Shown: positions 8,596 through 18,106, counted from the stretch's first letter. The stretch: 64,000 bases of DNA from a virus (IMGVR_UViG_3300025009_000058); one strand, 5' to 3'. Made by a program: numbers and translations. Notes: a model not told the origin generated them from the letters alone.

Positions 8596-8620
8596 AATTA
8601 CCAAACATAAAAACATCTCT
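8596..8620 (-). promoter_or_regulatory. Degenerate copy of the promoter-like motif (taattaccaaacataaaaacatctc)
   Basis: Upstream of 8275..8496. Confidence 0.3.
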
Positions 8621-8635
8621 AATTTTAGATAATAT

Positions 8636-8720
8636 CATCAGCGAACCCATCGGACTTCGTCCTACCATCTTATATTATCCTGCCGGCTTCCTACTTCAGA
8701 GCCCTCTTATCTTTGAAACA
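8636..8720. repeat. Structured noncoding element A, with a partial repeat at about 10780-10860
   Basis: Shared blocks are atcagcga, a GGAC..GTCC hairpin, atcttatatt and ggcttc. Both copies sit just upstream of promoter-motif copies. Confidence 0.5.
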
Positions 8721-8774
8721 TAGAGGCTTACTTCTTATTAATAAGCTTTCTTATATCTACAAGTTCTTAGCTAT

Positions 8775-9197
8775 CTAATATGATTCACAATAAAATAATA
8801 TTGTTCTATCAACACCCGCTTCCGCAAATACATCATTCCATTGCTCATCATTCAATAAAGCCTTTATGAAAGCATCCCAAATCTTCTGATCTTCTGCATA
8901 TTCTTCTTTAATCAAAAGCCCGTGAGAGACAAAAGCTTCTTTAAAATGGAATGTAGCCGAGATTGAATAAGCACCGTGTAGCTCAACCCAAGTAAATAAT
9001 ATGACCATAGAGCCAATATGTTTTGATATTGCATTAATAGCATCTATCCTACGTTGTTCTCCATCTTTGTATTCTTCCCACTCAGGTCTTATACCAAAGT
9101 CTGGATTAGTATAATGAGCTTTAATAAATGTAGTACCAAGATCAACTCCGTCAGCATTAACATATACTTTTGCAATTACATCTTGTTTCATTTTCAA
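8775..9197 (-). CDS. Hypothetical protein
   Basis: 140-aa ORF. Confidence 0.5.
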   Translation of the reverse strand: MKMKQDVIAKVYVNADGVDLGTTFIKAHYTNPDFGIRPEWEEYKDGEQRRIDAINAISKHIGSMVILFTWVELHGAYSISATFHFKEAFVSHGLLIKEEYAEDQKIWDAFIKALLNDEQWNDVFAEAGVDRTILFYCESY

Positions 9198-9589
9198 TCC
9201 TCCTCATTTATATGTGAATAAATCTTTTTAACATTACCAAACTTCTTTTTGTATTCCCGAATTAACCTCAACTCTTCGGGTTCAGGCTTCCCAAACAATC
9301 TTGTACTACAGATAATAAGATAATCTGCTAATTCCGGATCTTCTATCCCATCAATAAATGCATCAAACTGTGCCAGTCTTTTATTCCTGATTTTACCCCA
9401 ATCAGATCTTCTATATTCTTGTTCTTCTTTGAGTATCTTTTTTTCATCAATTGAAGTTCTAATGCCATTAATAACGTTTTCAGAATAATATTCATCTATC
9501 TTTATTTGTGCTTTTTGTATTACTTCCGCTTGAGTTGGAGGAACATTTTTAATTGTTTTAATCCGCAGTGTATCTTGGTAAACTTCCAT
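9194..9589 (-). CDS. Hypothetical protein
   Basis: 131-aa ORF overlapping its downstream neighbour by 4 nt. Confidence 0.5.
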   Translation of the reverse strand: MEVYQDTLRIKTIKNVPPTQAEVIQKAQIKIDEYYSENVINGIRTSIDEKKILKEEQEYRRSDWGKIRNKRLAQFDAFIDGIEDPELADYLIICSTRLFGKPEPEELRLIREYKKKFGNVKKIYSHINEED

Positions 9590-9618
9590 TTTTTGCCTCC
9601 TTATAGCTTATTAGTTAA

Positions 9619-10143
9619 TTAGTCTTCAATAATATAAAGGTTCATTTCATAATTTGGATTCAATTTTTTAATTTCTTCTTCAACCCTATTATGCCTTTCT
9701 TTATCCTTCTTTGATATTGTATATTTAAGCTTCAATGGGATGAATTTTGAAGAACGGATTGTTTGACTTGTATCATCAAGAGTTTTTAAATAATGATTTA
9801 TAACAATTTTTGAAATGAGGATTGGTTTTTGAGCAATTAGTGATTCAATTTTTTTATTAAAGAAGCCAAATTCCATACCATATTTGGTTATTAACTCAAC
9901 AAGGAGAGGATTGTTTTTGGCTGCAATAGCTTGATTCAATTCAAGAACAAAAGGCTTTACCCTATTTGATTCTTTATACATATTCAATAATTTTGTTCTT
10001 TGAGCATCTTTAATTTTTTGAGCTTCTTCCGCTTCAGTTAAGTATGTTTTTTGTTTAGGAAGGGTAGAACAAAAGCATTTTGTATTATGATGTACTTTTA
10101 TTCTTACCTGCTTCAAATTGATTGTATCAAAATATTGTTGCAT
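9619..10143 (-). CDS. Hypothetical protein
   Basis: Trimmed to the internal Met (MQQYFDT..). This Met has the strong RBS AAAGGAGG and leaves the promoter motif at 10179-10200 upstream of the gene. Confidence 0.5.
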   Translation of the reverse strand: MQQYFDTINLKQVRIKVHHNTKCFCSTLPKQKTYLTEAEEAQKIKDAQRTKLLNMYKESNRVKPFVLELNQAIAAKNNPLLVELITKYGMEFGFFNKKIESLIAQKPILISKIVINHYLKTLDDTSQTIRSSKFIPLKLKYTISKKDKERHNRVEEEIKKLNPNYEMNLYIIED

Positions 10144-10178
10144 TACGTTGCCTCCTTTTGAATTATTTTTTATTTTAA

Positions 10179-10200
10179 TTGACAATTCAAAAATAAATAC
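10179..10200 (-). promoter_or_regulatory. Promoter-like motif copy (ttgacaattcaaaaataaatac)
   Basis: 36 nt upstream of the 10143 start. Confidence 0.45.
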
Positions 10201-10416
10201 TTTTATCAATATTATCAACCATTTTTTAACTTTATTAACATATATAACAGAGCAATCTAAGAGCACACCTCTGCCCCAAAAAGATTATTATAATTATCAG
10301 TTATGCCTGCTTGTCCAGACGTCTGAAAGTTATATAACTTTCTGGGACATTAGTGTATCATCCATATGGGTGAGATAGCTGACATCTTTGCCCAGATGAT
10401 AGCGCGCAATAAAATG

Positions 10417-10728
10417 TTACTGTATGGAGCTTATAATAAAAATATCTTCATTATTTTGAGAGATCCAAACCATTGTTTCATCATCAAATGTGATGTTAAA
10501 ATACTCTTTCAATCCTTCAACTTCTTGTTTGGACATTAGATTATCATAACCAGCATTAATAGATACCATATGTAGAGTTGTATTACCTGGATCATCCGTT
10601 AGCTGTGATAAATCATAATGAGTAAATTTTGCTTTAATATTAGGTTTTATAGTATGATAATATTCTTCAATAGCATCGGAGTAAAGATGTTTTTCTGCAT
10701 TAATTGTAAATGGCATCTGGTACCTCAA
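10417..10728 (-). CDS. Hypothetical protein
   Basis: 103 aa. SD GAGGT lies 8 nt before the ATG. Confidence 0.5.
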   Translation of the reverse strand: MRYQMPFTINAEKHLYSDAIEEYYHTIKPNIKAKFTHYDLSQLTDDPGNTTLHMVSINAGYDNLMSKQEVEGLKEYFNITFDDETMVWISQNNEDIFIISSIQ

Positions 10729-10741
10729 TTTTATTATTTAA

Positions 10742-10763
10742 TTGACAAAACAAATATAATACA
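10742..10763 (-). promoter_or_regulatory. Promoter-like motif copy (ttgacaaaacaaatataataca)
   Basis: 14 nt upstream of the 10728 start. Confidence 0.6.
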
Positions 10764-10769
10764 GCTATC

Positions 10770-12060
10770 TAATCCTATATCATTAATCAGCGAGTCCAGT
10801 GGACGAAGTAAGTCGCAGCTATCATATCTTATATTCTGGGCTTCTTTCCTCAACTTATGTATTATATCCCATAGTTTGTGCCTATTAGCCGGTCAAAGAT
10901 GGAGATCTGGGCTAAGTATTGTATATTGGCAACAATGGTATCTTTTTACCAAGGTTTGCCAACGACTACAAAAGAAAGCCCGACGACTCCAAAGTATGCC
11001 AAGGATACAATTGGAATTTGCAATAGGGGCACATTTGCTATCTGGTGTGGTTATTGAGAGCTGTTCGTTGGATATCCTTGAATAATCTACGGGAGCCATT
11101 TTGGATAGATAAAGTTACTTATATTGAAAAGAAAAACAAACTAGGGGCTCATTGGCTAACCGGCTTGAAGCTGGAACATCGTTTCAAGTTACTGGAACAG
11201 TGGAACATTTTGTTCCATCTATCAATTACAAGATGTTTCAAGTTGCTGGAACATCTATTCCAGCCTAATGGCGGCTGCACGGAACTGACAGGTCGCTTTT
11301 ATTGAATATTAATACATAGTAACATAGCCGGTTAGCCATTTAAAACTGGTTAAGCTTATAGCCATTTTATCCGTCCCAGCCGGTTAAATTTACATTTTTC
11401 CTTTTCTTTTCCATTACATTCATTATCCTACTATTATTCCTATTGTATGTTAAAAGATAGAGTTTTCTTTGAAAAGATATTTTATTTTATCCATTCAATA
11501 CATTACTCTTAGCATATTTTCCTTATATATTTATGTTAATGTATGTATTTGGAATGCTATTGTTTTTAGTTTAAGTCTTATAATGAATAGTATTTATTAT
11601 ATAAAGAATACAACTTATAAGGGCACCAAACTTTTAACGTACACCCCCAAAGTAATGAGTACTATAATATAAATTTGATAGGTGGCGGGTGAGAGGACGG
11701 ACGGAGGCTGTGAAGTGTCCAGATGTGGAGATGATTGTATTTTGGATATTTTGGAAAATTTATTGAATTGGACTATCTGTGTGTGGAGAATGGGATATGG
11801 AGTCAATATTTTGAAAAGAGAGTCAAATGGTATCTGTGGGACCATCCCAAGACCAGATGATCAGAACCGACCAAGATGTCAGGTCTGTGGAATACTGCGT
11901 TGTGAAAGTCAGATTGTCATTTTGGTGATCTTTCTGAATATCGTTCAAATGTTTAGTGAGAAGATCTGTGACCAACGGGGCATTCTTGGAGGATATGATT
12001 CTGGATTGATGAGCTCTCAGTGAAGATGATTTTGATGTAGGCACTATCTGTTTTTTGGTT
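10770..12060. other. GC-elevated, ORF-poor noncoding island with iteron-like repeats
   Basis: No convincing ORF on either strand; track ORFs here carry the DNA repeats. CTGGAACA occurs four times at 11170-11262, with a palindrome tggaacattttgttcca at about 11205. There are repeats of c(c/t)ggtta(a/g)..agccatttt at 11300-11390 and an AT-rich tract at 11400-11680. Confidence 0.5.
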
Positions 12061-12280
12061 TTTATGCCAATTTTATAGATAATTACAGCGAAAATTGAAC
12101 AAAGTATTGACCAAGTCATAACAAACAAAATAATATCTATTAATGTCATCATTTATCCTTTTTATTAATTTCCATTACCTTTTTGAATCTCGAGCTTCTC
12201 ATTTTCATTAATTTATACTTCAAGTGCATTGATGTCACTTAACCTTTGTTTAAACTCTTCTATAGACATCACGTAATACT

Positions 12281-12589
12281 TCACAATTCATCTCCATTTT
12301 TAAAAGGTAATTCATCTTCAATAAATTTAATATAATTCTTTCTCAAATTTTTCAATTTGGAAATAATAGCAGATTCTAATTCAAGGTCAGGTAAAAGATC
12401 TTCAGAAATTGTTATTATGTATCTTGGTTCATGTGGTAACAAACTTTTTCTCAATGAAAGATTAGTAACTTCAATTGAATCAGAATCTTTCAACAACAAT
12501 GCATCAATTTCATCTATCTTGTTTTGAAGCTGTGATATAATCTTAATCTTTTTTTGAAATTCTTGCAAAGTCAATTTAATTTGTCCCAT
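12281..12589 (-). CDS. Hypothetical protein
   Basis: 102-aa ORF. Confidence 0.45.
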   Translation of the reverse strand: MGQIKLTLQEFQKKIKIISQLQNKIDEIDALLLKDSDSIEVTNLSLRKSLLPHEPRYIITISEDLLPDLELESAIISKLKNLRKNYIKFIEDELPFKNGDEL

Positions 12590-12824
12590 TTACGTCTTCC
12601 TTATATGAATAATGTATACAAATAGTTGTTGTGATTGGTGCACCACCATAAAGAGAATGTGATTGTGAGGTTGATAATAGAACTTTAATTGTTAAATCAT
12701 TCTTAGTCTTTCTCAAATGTTCCATAAACAAATTGGCTTCTGTTTCAATCCTTTTAGTATTATCAATACTCTCAAAAATAGCAATTTCATTATAAGTTTT
12801 CATCTTTAACCTCAAGCTTATCAA
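12576..12824 (-). CDS. Hypothetical protein
   Basis: 82-aa ORF. Confidence 0.4.
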   Translation of the reverse strand: MISLRLKMKTYNEIAIFESIDNTKRIETEANLFMEHLRKTKNDLTIKVLLSTSQSHSLYGGAPITTTICIHYSYKEDVNGTN

Positions 12825-13296
12825 TCAATTCTTGAATTCCTTGCAAAGCAGATGGTAGATATATTCGGTCAATAACTTTGTATTCTGACTCCAAGTTATT
12901 GTATTCAATTATATAAGACCGAATATTCAAAAGATTTTTCATCAAACTATTATCTAGTATTGGAAAAGTGAGCTCTCCAACAATAACCTCTTGATATTGT
13001 TTCTTCAATTTGAGAAGGCTATCTACAAGAACAGTTTTTGAAAGAATGTCTTCAATGAAAGCGTCTGATAATGTTATCGTAGTTTGATCATCAATATCCT
13101 GGTCGTTTGCCAATCTAATTTTGAAGCCATCAATTCGAATAGGGCCTTTATGAGCTAAGATCTCATCTATTTTATCAATATTTTCTCTGGTCTCTTTAAC
13201 ACAATCAGAGCGACTCATTAATTCATCTTCAGATATTTTTATTACTGCTTTCATTTTGTACCTCAATTTATTTATTTCTATATTTATCTGCGACAT
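12790..13296 (-). CDS. Hypothetical protein
   Basis: 168-aa ORF. Confidence 0.5.
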   Translation of the reverse strand: MSQINIEINKLRYKMKAVIKISEDELMSRSDCVKETRENIDKIDEILAHKGPIRIDGFKIRLANDQDIDDQTTITLSDAFIEDILSKTVLVDSLLKLKKQYQEVIVGELTFPILDNSLMKNLLNIRSYIIEYNNLESEYKVIDRIYLPSALQGIQELIDKLEVKDENL

Positions 13297-13462
13297 TCTT
13301 CAGTGTATTAAAATGTCTTGGTGAAAGATCTCCTTTTTGAGTATAATATTTATGCGTACTCTTTATGAAACCTAATTCCCAATCAGTTAATTCTTTCTCA
13401 TGTCTCAAAACAATATTAATATTTTCAGAAATGATTTTTGTTCTAATATTACTTAGTGTCAT
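13268..13462 (-). CDS. Hypothetical protein
   Basis: 64-aa ORF. Confidence 0.35.
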   Translation of the reverse strand: MTLSNIRTKIISENINIVLRHEKELTDWELGFIKSTHKYYTQKGDLSPRHFNTLKNVADKYRNK

Positions 13463-13640
13463 AAGTTACTGAGATTGTTATTTCAATAGTTTGAAGAGAC
13501 CTGTTATGAGAATAGTCTCCACTGCGTAATATATCCAATAATTCAGGAACTGCTTCTTGTAATTTTGAAGTTGTTGCTTTTGAAATAATCTGCTGTTTCT
13601 TCAAAGTCTTACTGGCTGTTTTAATCTTTCTTAAGCTCAT
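13449..13640 (-). CDS. Hypothetical protein
   Basis: 63-aa ORF. Confidence 0.35.
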   Translation of the reverse strand: MSLRKIKTASKTLKKQQIISKATTSKLQEAVPELLDILRSGDYSHNRSLQTIEITISVTYDTK

Positions 13641-14034
13641 CTAATAATTCCATTGAATATTTATTCAAAATAGACTGAAGATAATCAGCTCTATCATTTA
13701 ACAATTTTAATATAGCTTTAGGTGAGGGAGGTAAATCCTCATAATCATAAAGTATGTAACTAGGATGAGATTTACATCTCTTAAAATGATCATCTTGACC
13801 TAAAATACATTTATTACAATTATCTGACATACCAAAAAAATGATATGGAAAATAAACTTGCTCACATAATAAACAAGTACCAAATACGTTTAGAACATAT
13901 TTATTTTTTAATTTCTTGGGCACTTTTCCTGCAGAAAAGTCTTCTAATTCTTTATAAACTTGTTTCTCAGTAATACTTCTATATCGTCGAATAACCTCTT
14001 TTAAAGTATCAATATGTTCTTTAGAATATGTCAT
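13621..14034 (-). CDS. Cys-rich (putative zinc-binding) protein, paralog 3 of a tandem triplet
   Basis: MTYSKEHIDTLKEVIRRY.., then CLLC..x..C.KCIL...H..C. Confidence 0.55.
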   Translation of the reverse strand: MTYSKEHIDTLKEVIRRYRSITEKQVYKELEDFSAGKVPKKLKNKYVLNVFGTCLLCEQVYFPYHFFGMSDNCNKCILGQDDHFKRCKSHPSYILYDYEDLPPSPKAILKLLNDRADYLQSILNKYSMELLDELKKD

Positions 14035-14423
14035 AGCTCAACACCTGTTTTTTCACTTAATATTCTTTTCAAATATTTAATTCTTGCATTAATAAGTTTG
14101 ACAAGATGAATTATAGAAAGACAGTGTTCTCCCATTAATAAGTAGGTAGAGCTCTTAACACAAGGATGTTCATCAACAAATAAAATACATTTCATACATT
14201 CTTTATCAATAATAGTATTTTTATTAAGGGACTTACACAATAAACATTCTCCATCTTCAAATACTAATTCTTTTCTAATTAAATAAGGCATCTTTTCCCA
14301 AGTATAAGGATGATAAGTAGCTTTATGCTTAGAATGTATTCTTAATATATCAATATCCGTTATAGACTCATAACGTTTAATGACTTCTTTCAAAGCATCA
14401 ATATGCTCTTTAGAGTATATCAT
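14031..14423 (-). CDS. Cys-rich protein, paralog 2 of a tandem triplet
   Basis: MIYSKEHIDALKEVIKRYESITD.., then ECLLCKSL..C.KCILF. Confidence 0.55.
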   Translation of the reverse strand: MIYSKEHIDALKEVIKRYESITDIDILRIHSKHKATYHPYTWEKMPYLIRKELVFEDGECLLCKSLNKNTIIDKECMKCILFVDEHPCVKSSTYLLMGEHCLSIIHLVKLINARIKYLKRILSEKTGVEL

Positions 14424-14839
14424 AATTCAATTCCAGCCTTTTCTTTTAATACTTTTTTCAAATAATTAATCCTTGCTTTAATCATTTCATAAACCATTAA
14501 ATGATTTGTGCAATTTGAATCAAAAGATATATAAGTAATATGAAAAGTACAAAATTTATACTCTTGTCTATCATATAAAATACAAAACTTACAATTTTTA
14601 TCAGTAACAGACTCTTTATATAATGATTTACATAATAAACATTCATGTCCATCCAAAATATATTCTTTTTTAACAAGATATGGCATTCTTTCCCATATTT
14701 CTTTTTCAGTAATTAAGGATAATTGGTGACGTTCTTTATACTCAACATATACTTTTTTTATCATATCATCCGTTATAGACTCATAACGTTTAATAATTTC
14801 TTGAAGTGCATCAATGTTTTTTTGACCATATCCCATCAA
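14420..14839 (-). CDS. Cys-rich protein, paralog 1 of a tandem triplet
   Basis: ..NIDALQEIIKRYESITD.., then ECLLCKSL..CKFCILY.. Confidence 0.55.
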   Translation of the reverse strand: MMGYGQKNIDALQEIIKRYESITDDMIKKVYVEYKERHQLSLITEKEIWERMPYLVKKEYILDGHECLLCKSLYKESVTDKNCKFCILYDRQEYKFCTFHITYISFDSNCTNHLMVYEMIKARINYLKKVLKEKAGIEL

Positions 14840-15054
14840 TCTAAATCCTTAAAATATTCTTTAATATCATTAAAAGTATCAATTAGATTAATACACATTC
14901 TATAGAGCAAGAAAAACCATAAAATAAAAGGTATCATTAAAATGTGAAATTGTTTCTTAGTTTCAATATATGGATATCCATCTATTACAAGTATTATGAG
15001 AACAAACAATTGAACCACATATGAAACAATTAATAAGATAAGCTCATTTAACAT
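14836..15054 (-). CDS. Small membrane protein
   Basis: 72 aa, two hydrophobic helices. Confidence 0.4.
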   Translation of the reverse strand: MLNELILLIVSYVVQLFVLIILVIDGYPYIETKKQFHILMIPFILWFFLLYRMCINLIDTFNDIKEYFKDLD

Positions 15055-15073
15055 ATTTATCCTATATTTGAAA

Positions 15074-15556
15074 TTATGATGTACTCTTTGGAAACTGATG
15101 TATTGTAACAGATGATTTTACGGGTACTTCAATTGATTCTGGCTTTATATGATCAATTGCAAACAAAAGTATTCTATCAAGCATCTTGGATAAGAATTGC
15201 TCAGGAGACTTATTTCTCCTCTGAATGAAGACCTGAGCCTGTGTCTCAAGGTGTTCTGCAGCATCTTCAAGAAATCTTGCATTTGGTATTTTGGAACTAT
15301 CTATTGAAGTATATATCTTATCAGGAAGAAGTGCACAAACTTGGAATTCCAAAACACCAAATTCATTTCTTAAATCTTCATCAATATTATGTATAATTAA
15401 GTCTGAAGGTATTATAAAATGAAAATCTTGTGAGTCTTCATCATTCAGAAAAAAAGCATTAAACTTTCTACCAAATTTTGAATTGGTAATAAGTATTCTT
15501 AATTCTGGTGTTACTTTTTCGATTATAATTAACAAGTGTTTTTGCAAATGCTTCAT
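15074..15556 (-). CDS. Hypothetical protein
   Basis: 160-aa ORF. Confidence 0.5.
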   Translation of the reverse strand: MKHLQKHLLIIIEKVTPELRILITNSKFGRKFNAFFLNDEDSQDFHFIIPSDLIIHNIDEDLRNEFGVLEFQVCALLPDKIYTSIDSSKIPNARFLEDAAEHLETQAQVFIQRRNKSPEQFLSKMLDRILLFAIDHIKPESIEVPVKSSVTIHQFPKSTS

Positions 15557-15558
15557 TG

Positions 15559-15753
15559 TTATTTATTCCCTTTTGAATAATCTAGTACCTTTGGCATATT
15601 TCTATGTACAAACTGTAATTCATCTCTGTAAACAAAAGAGTTATTTGATTTTCTAATACCATTTCTCTTTCTAAACTCCAATACCAAAGAATCAACCCAC
15701 ATTGGAATCTCTTTTGAAAAAATATATTCTGGAATATATTGAAATGATTCCAT
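15559..15753 (-). CDS. Hypothetical protein
   Basis: 64-aa ORF. Confidence 0.35.
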   Translation of the reverse strand: MESFQYIPEYIFSKEIPMWVDSLVLEFRKRNGIRKSNNSFVYRDELQFVHRNMPKVLDYSKGNK

Positions 15754-16125
15754 TTATAATTTAATATCAAATTTACTTAACAGTGTTTCAAGATCTTTTG
15801 AATCGATCAAAGCCAATTGAATCTCTTCCATTATACTTTCATGATTAGTATTAATTTTCAAAGCTTCAATTCTTGCATCAATTAATTTATCTTTAACTGC
15901 AGATTCTTGAGTTGTTACAGAATAAGAAGATATATAGACATCTGCTTTAAAAGGTAGTTTATTCAATAAATCTTCTGCTCTCTTAATGATAGCTAAACAG
16001 TTACCCAAGGATAAATTGACTGATGCATCTTTTTCTAATCGTTTCTTTTCTTTTACAATCTGTAATATTCTAGCATTTTTAATCTTTGACGCAATTGCAG
16101 ATATTTGAGCTTTATTGAGTTTCAT
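15754..16125 (-). CDS. Hypothetical protein
   Basis: 123-aa ORF. Confidence 0.45.
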   Translation of the reverse strand: MKLNKAQISAIASKIKNARILQIVKEKKRLEKDASVNLSLGNCLAIIKRAEDLLNKLPFKADVYISSYSVTTQESAVKDKLIDARIEALKINTNHESIMEEIQLALIDSKDLETLLSKFDIKL

Positions 16126-16316
16126 ATGATTCCTCTTTTATCAATACAACAAAATTTATATTTCTTTCCACTACCACAAAAACAAAAGTCATTTCTACCA
16201 AGAGTCTTTTTAGCAGTAATAGTTTTTTGCTTAGATATTATATGATGATGGTTTTTTAGAACAAAGGTCTTTTCAAATGGATTAGATGCTTCAATAAAAT
16301 TTAACTTACTATCCAT
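16122..16316 (-). CDS. SEC-C metal-binding motif protein
   Basis: The C-terminal CFCGSGKKYKFCC matches the SecA/YecA-type SEC-C zinc motif. Confidence 0.5.
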   Translation of the reverse strand: MDSKLNFIEASNPFEKTFVLKNHHHIISKQKTITAKKTLGRNDFCFCGSGKKYKFCCIDKRGII

Positions 16317-16343
16317 ATCAAACCTTTTTCAATTTGTTTTTGA

Positions 16344-16365
16344 TTGACAAAACAAATATAATACA
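16344..16365 (-). promoter_or_regulatory. Promoter-like motif copy (ttgacaaaacaaatataataca)
   Basis: 28 nt upstream of the 16316 start. Confidence 0.6.
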
Positions 16366-16626
16366 TCATTCTGAATAAATAGCTTTTTGCATAGAATACT
16401 CTGTACCCCATTTCATATCGCGTCTTGAACCAGTCCATGCTCTTCGGCTTGATTTAATTTCCCACCCAGCAGTAGTTAACTCATTAAATCTTTTATTAGA
16501 TTCATAATTATTTTCTTGAACAAAAATTATTTTAGTTTCATACCCAGTAATAATTTTTTGTTTGGGAGCACAACCTATAAATGTTAGTAACAACCAAGTT
16601 ATTAAAAGCATTCTGTAAAATTTCAT
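16366..16626 (-). CDS. Predicted lipoprotein, o-spanin-like
   Basis: Signal peptide with lipobox MLLITWLLLTFIGC. It lies immediately downstream of a gene for an N-terminal-TM protein. Confidence 0.45.
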   Translation of the reverse strand: MKFYRMLLITWLLLTFIGCAPKQKIITGYETKIIFVQENNYESNKRFNELTTAGWEIKSSRRAWTGSRRDMKWGTEYSMQKAIYSE

Positions 16627-16661
16627 TTATATACCTTTTAGTTTATTAACAAGATTTAAAA

Positions 16662-17009
16662 TTAATTTATTATAGGTTCAATACTTATACCTTTTGAGTG
16701 AATATAAGTAAAAGAATTATTACCATAAGAAAAAGGGAAATACCACAAAGGAATTCTTACGTATACTTCATCATATTCAACTTTTACTATATTCCCTTTT
16801 GATACTATATCTGAGAATTCAGTTATCCATCCGACTGATTGAATATAATAATTTATTGAATATTTATTTAAGCTAGTTGACAGTACTTTCTCAACAATAA
16901 TCTTTCTTTTATACTGATGTTCTTTCTTAATCATAAACACCACCATCCATATAATAGTGATTATTAAGAAAACTATAATCATTGATGCTTTAAAATTAAA
17001 AGTATTCAA
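16662..17009 (-). CDS. N-terminal TM protein, i-spanin-like
   Basis: 115 aa with the TM segment MIIVFLIITIIWMVVFMI. Confidence 0.4.
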   Translation of the reverse strand: MNTFNFKASMIIVFLIITIIWMVVFMIKKEHQYKRKIIVEKVLSTSLNKYSINYYIQSVGWITEFSDIVSKGNIVKVEYDEVYVRIPLWYFPFSYGNNSFTYIHSKGISIEPIIN

Positions 17010-17023
17010 AAGTATGTCTCCTG

Positions 17024-18061
17024 TTATTTATCAAACTTATATGGTGTTTTTGAAGTCTTGTCTAACTCAAAACAAATAGCTAAAGTCTTATATGTTTCAT
17101 CAAAGCTAATATTAGTAGGTTTTGCTGTACCAACCAATTTATATATTGGCTCAAATACATTCTTAGCTATTGTAAATTCAGACGGGGCTCCTTGCAGTCT
17201 GTGCGCTCTTTCAAGATAAGCTCTATCACCAACACAAGATATCTTTTTACCTGTTAATGATTTTTCTATCATAATACAAAACTTTAATAAATTATCATCT
17301 TCAACCACATTCTCAATGATGTATGTAATTCTTGAATCAGTATCATCAACATCATTAATAGCAGACAATTTACAATTCAAAAGACTTCTAAAATAGGAAC
17401 TGAATCTGATTCTTGGGATATGATTCCTTGAGCTATATAAACCACAGTAACGGTCATGTTTACTTAACTTGTTAACATCAATTACTTTAATTTTTGATTC
17501 TAGTTTTTTAAGAGCTTCTGCATGTTTCTTTGATTGAAGCGCAAAAAGCTCTGGATTATAATTCTCTTGAGTTATTGATTGATCTGCCACATTTGCAGCC
17601 TCAACAGGTATATTTTCATTTTCATTTTTATTTTCTTTTTTCCCTTTAAATACTAATCTTCTTAAGAAAATTTTAACATCATTAAAAGAGCTATATCTTT
17701 GAAGAAACAATAATTTAAATATAAATCTAGAAGATATTGTTATTGAGTTAATATTTGGATTAGCATCTACTACATCAAAATACTCAATGCAAGAAAAATA
17801 TTTATTAAAGAATGGTAAATTTCTTGGAAGGATATATTTATGATCAGAAGCATTATGTAATAAATAATAGCCTTGATCTTTAGTATGCTCAAGAAAAAAT
17901 TCAATTTTCAAGATTAACCTTCCCCAAGAGACTTTAAAATAAACTTCTGAGCCTTTCATTAAGTATAATCTGTTACCAATTAATAGATTATTTGGTAATG
18001 AAATTGACATTTGATCAGACCCTGAAGTTGCAAAATAGTCTGCTACTTTAATCTTCATCAT
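17024..18061 (-). CDS. Hypothetical protein
   Basis: 345-aa ORF with a promoter motif 20 nt upstream. Confidence 0.55.
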   Translation of the reverse strand: MMKIKVADYFATSGSDQMSISLPNNLLIGNRLYLMKGSEVYFKVSWGRLILKIEFFLEHTKDQGYYLLHNASDHKYILPRNLPFFNKYFSCIEYFDVVDANPNINSITISSRFIFKLLFLQRYSSFNDVKIFLRRLVFKGKKENKNENENIPVEAANVADQSITQENYNPELFALQSKKHAEALKKLESKIKVIDVNKLSKHDRYCGLYSSRNHIPRIRFSSYFRSLLNCKLSAINDVDDTDSRITYIIENVVEDDNLLKFCIMIEKSLTGKKISCVGDRAYLERAHRLQGAPSEFTIAKNVFEPIYKLVGTAKPTNISFDETYKTLAICFELDKTSKTPYKFDK

Positions 18062-18080
18062 ATATATTACCTCTTTTTAA

Positions 18081-18102
18081 TTGACAATACAAGTATAATA
18101 TC
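18081..18102 (-). promoter_or_regulatory. Promoter-like motif copy (ttgacaatacaagtataatatc)
   Basis: Upstream of 17024..18061. Confidence 0.5.
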
Positions 18103-18106
18103 TCTG

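Noticed and set aside
10618-12152. Track ORFs 10618-11085+, 10893-11099-, 11045-11305+, 11469-11672+, 11615-11845-, 11682-12023+ and 11823-12152- inside the GC-elevated island
   Set aside because: Their translations reproduce the DNA iterons (for example FKLLEQWN / FKLLEHLF). They lack RBSs and have no coherent operon structure. The region is better treated as noncoding.
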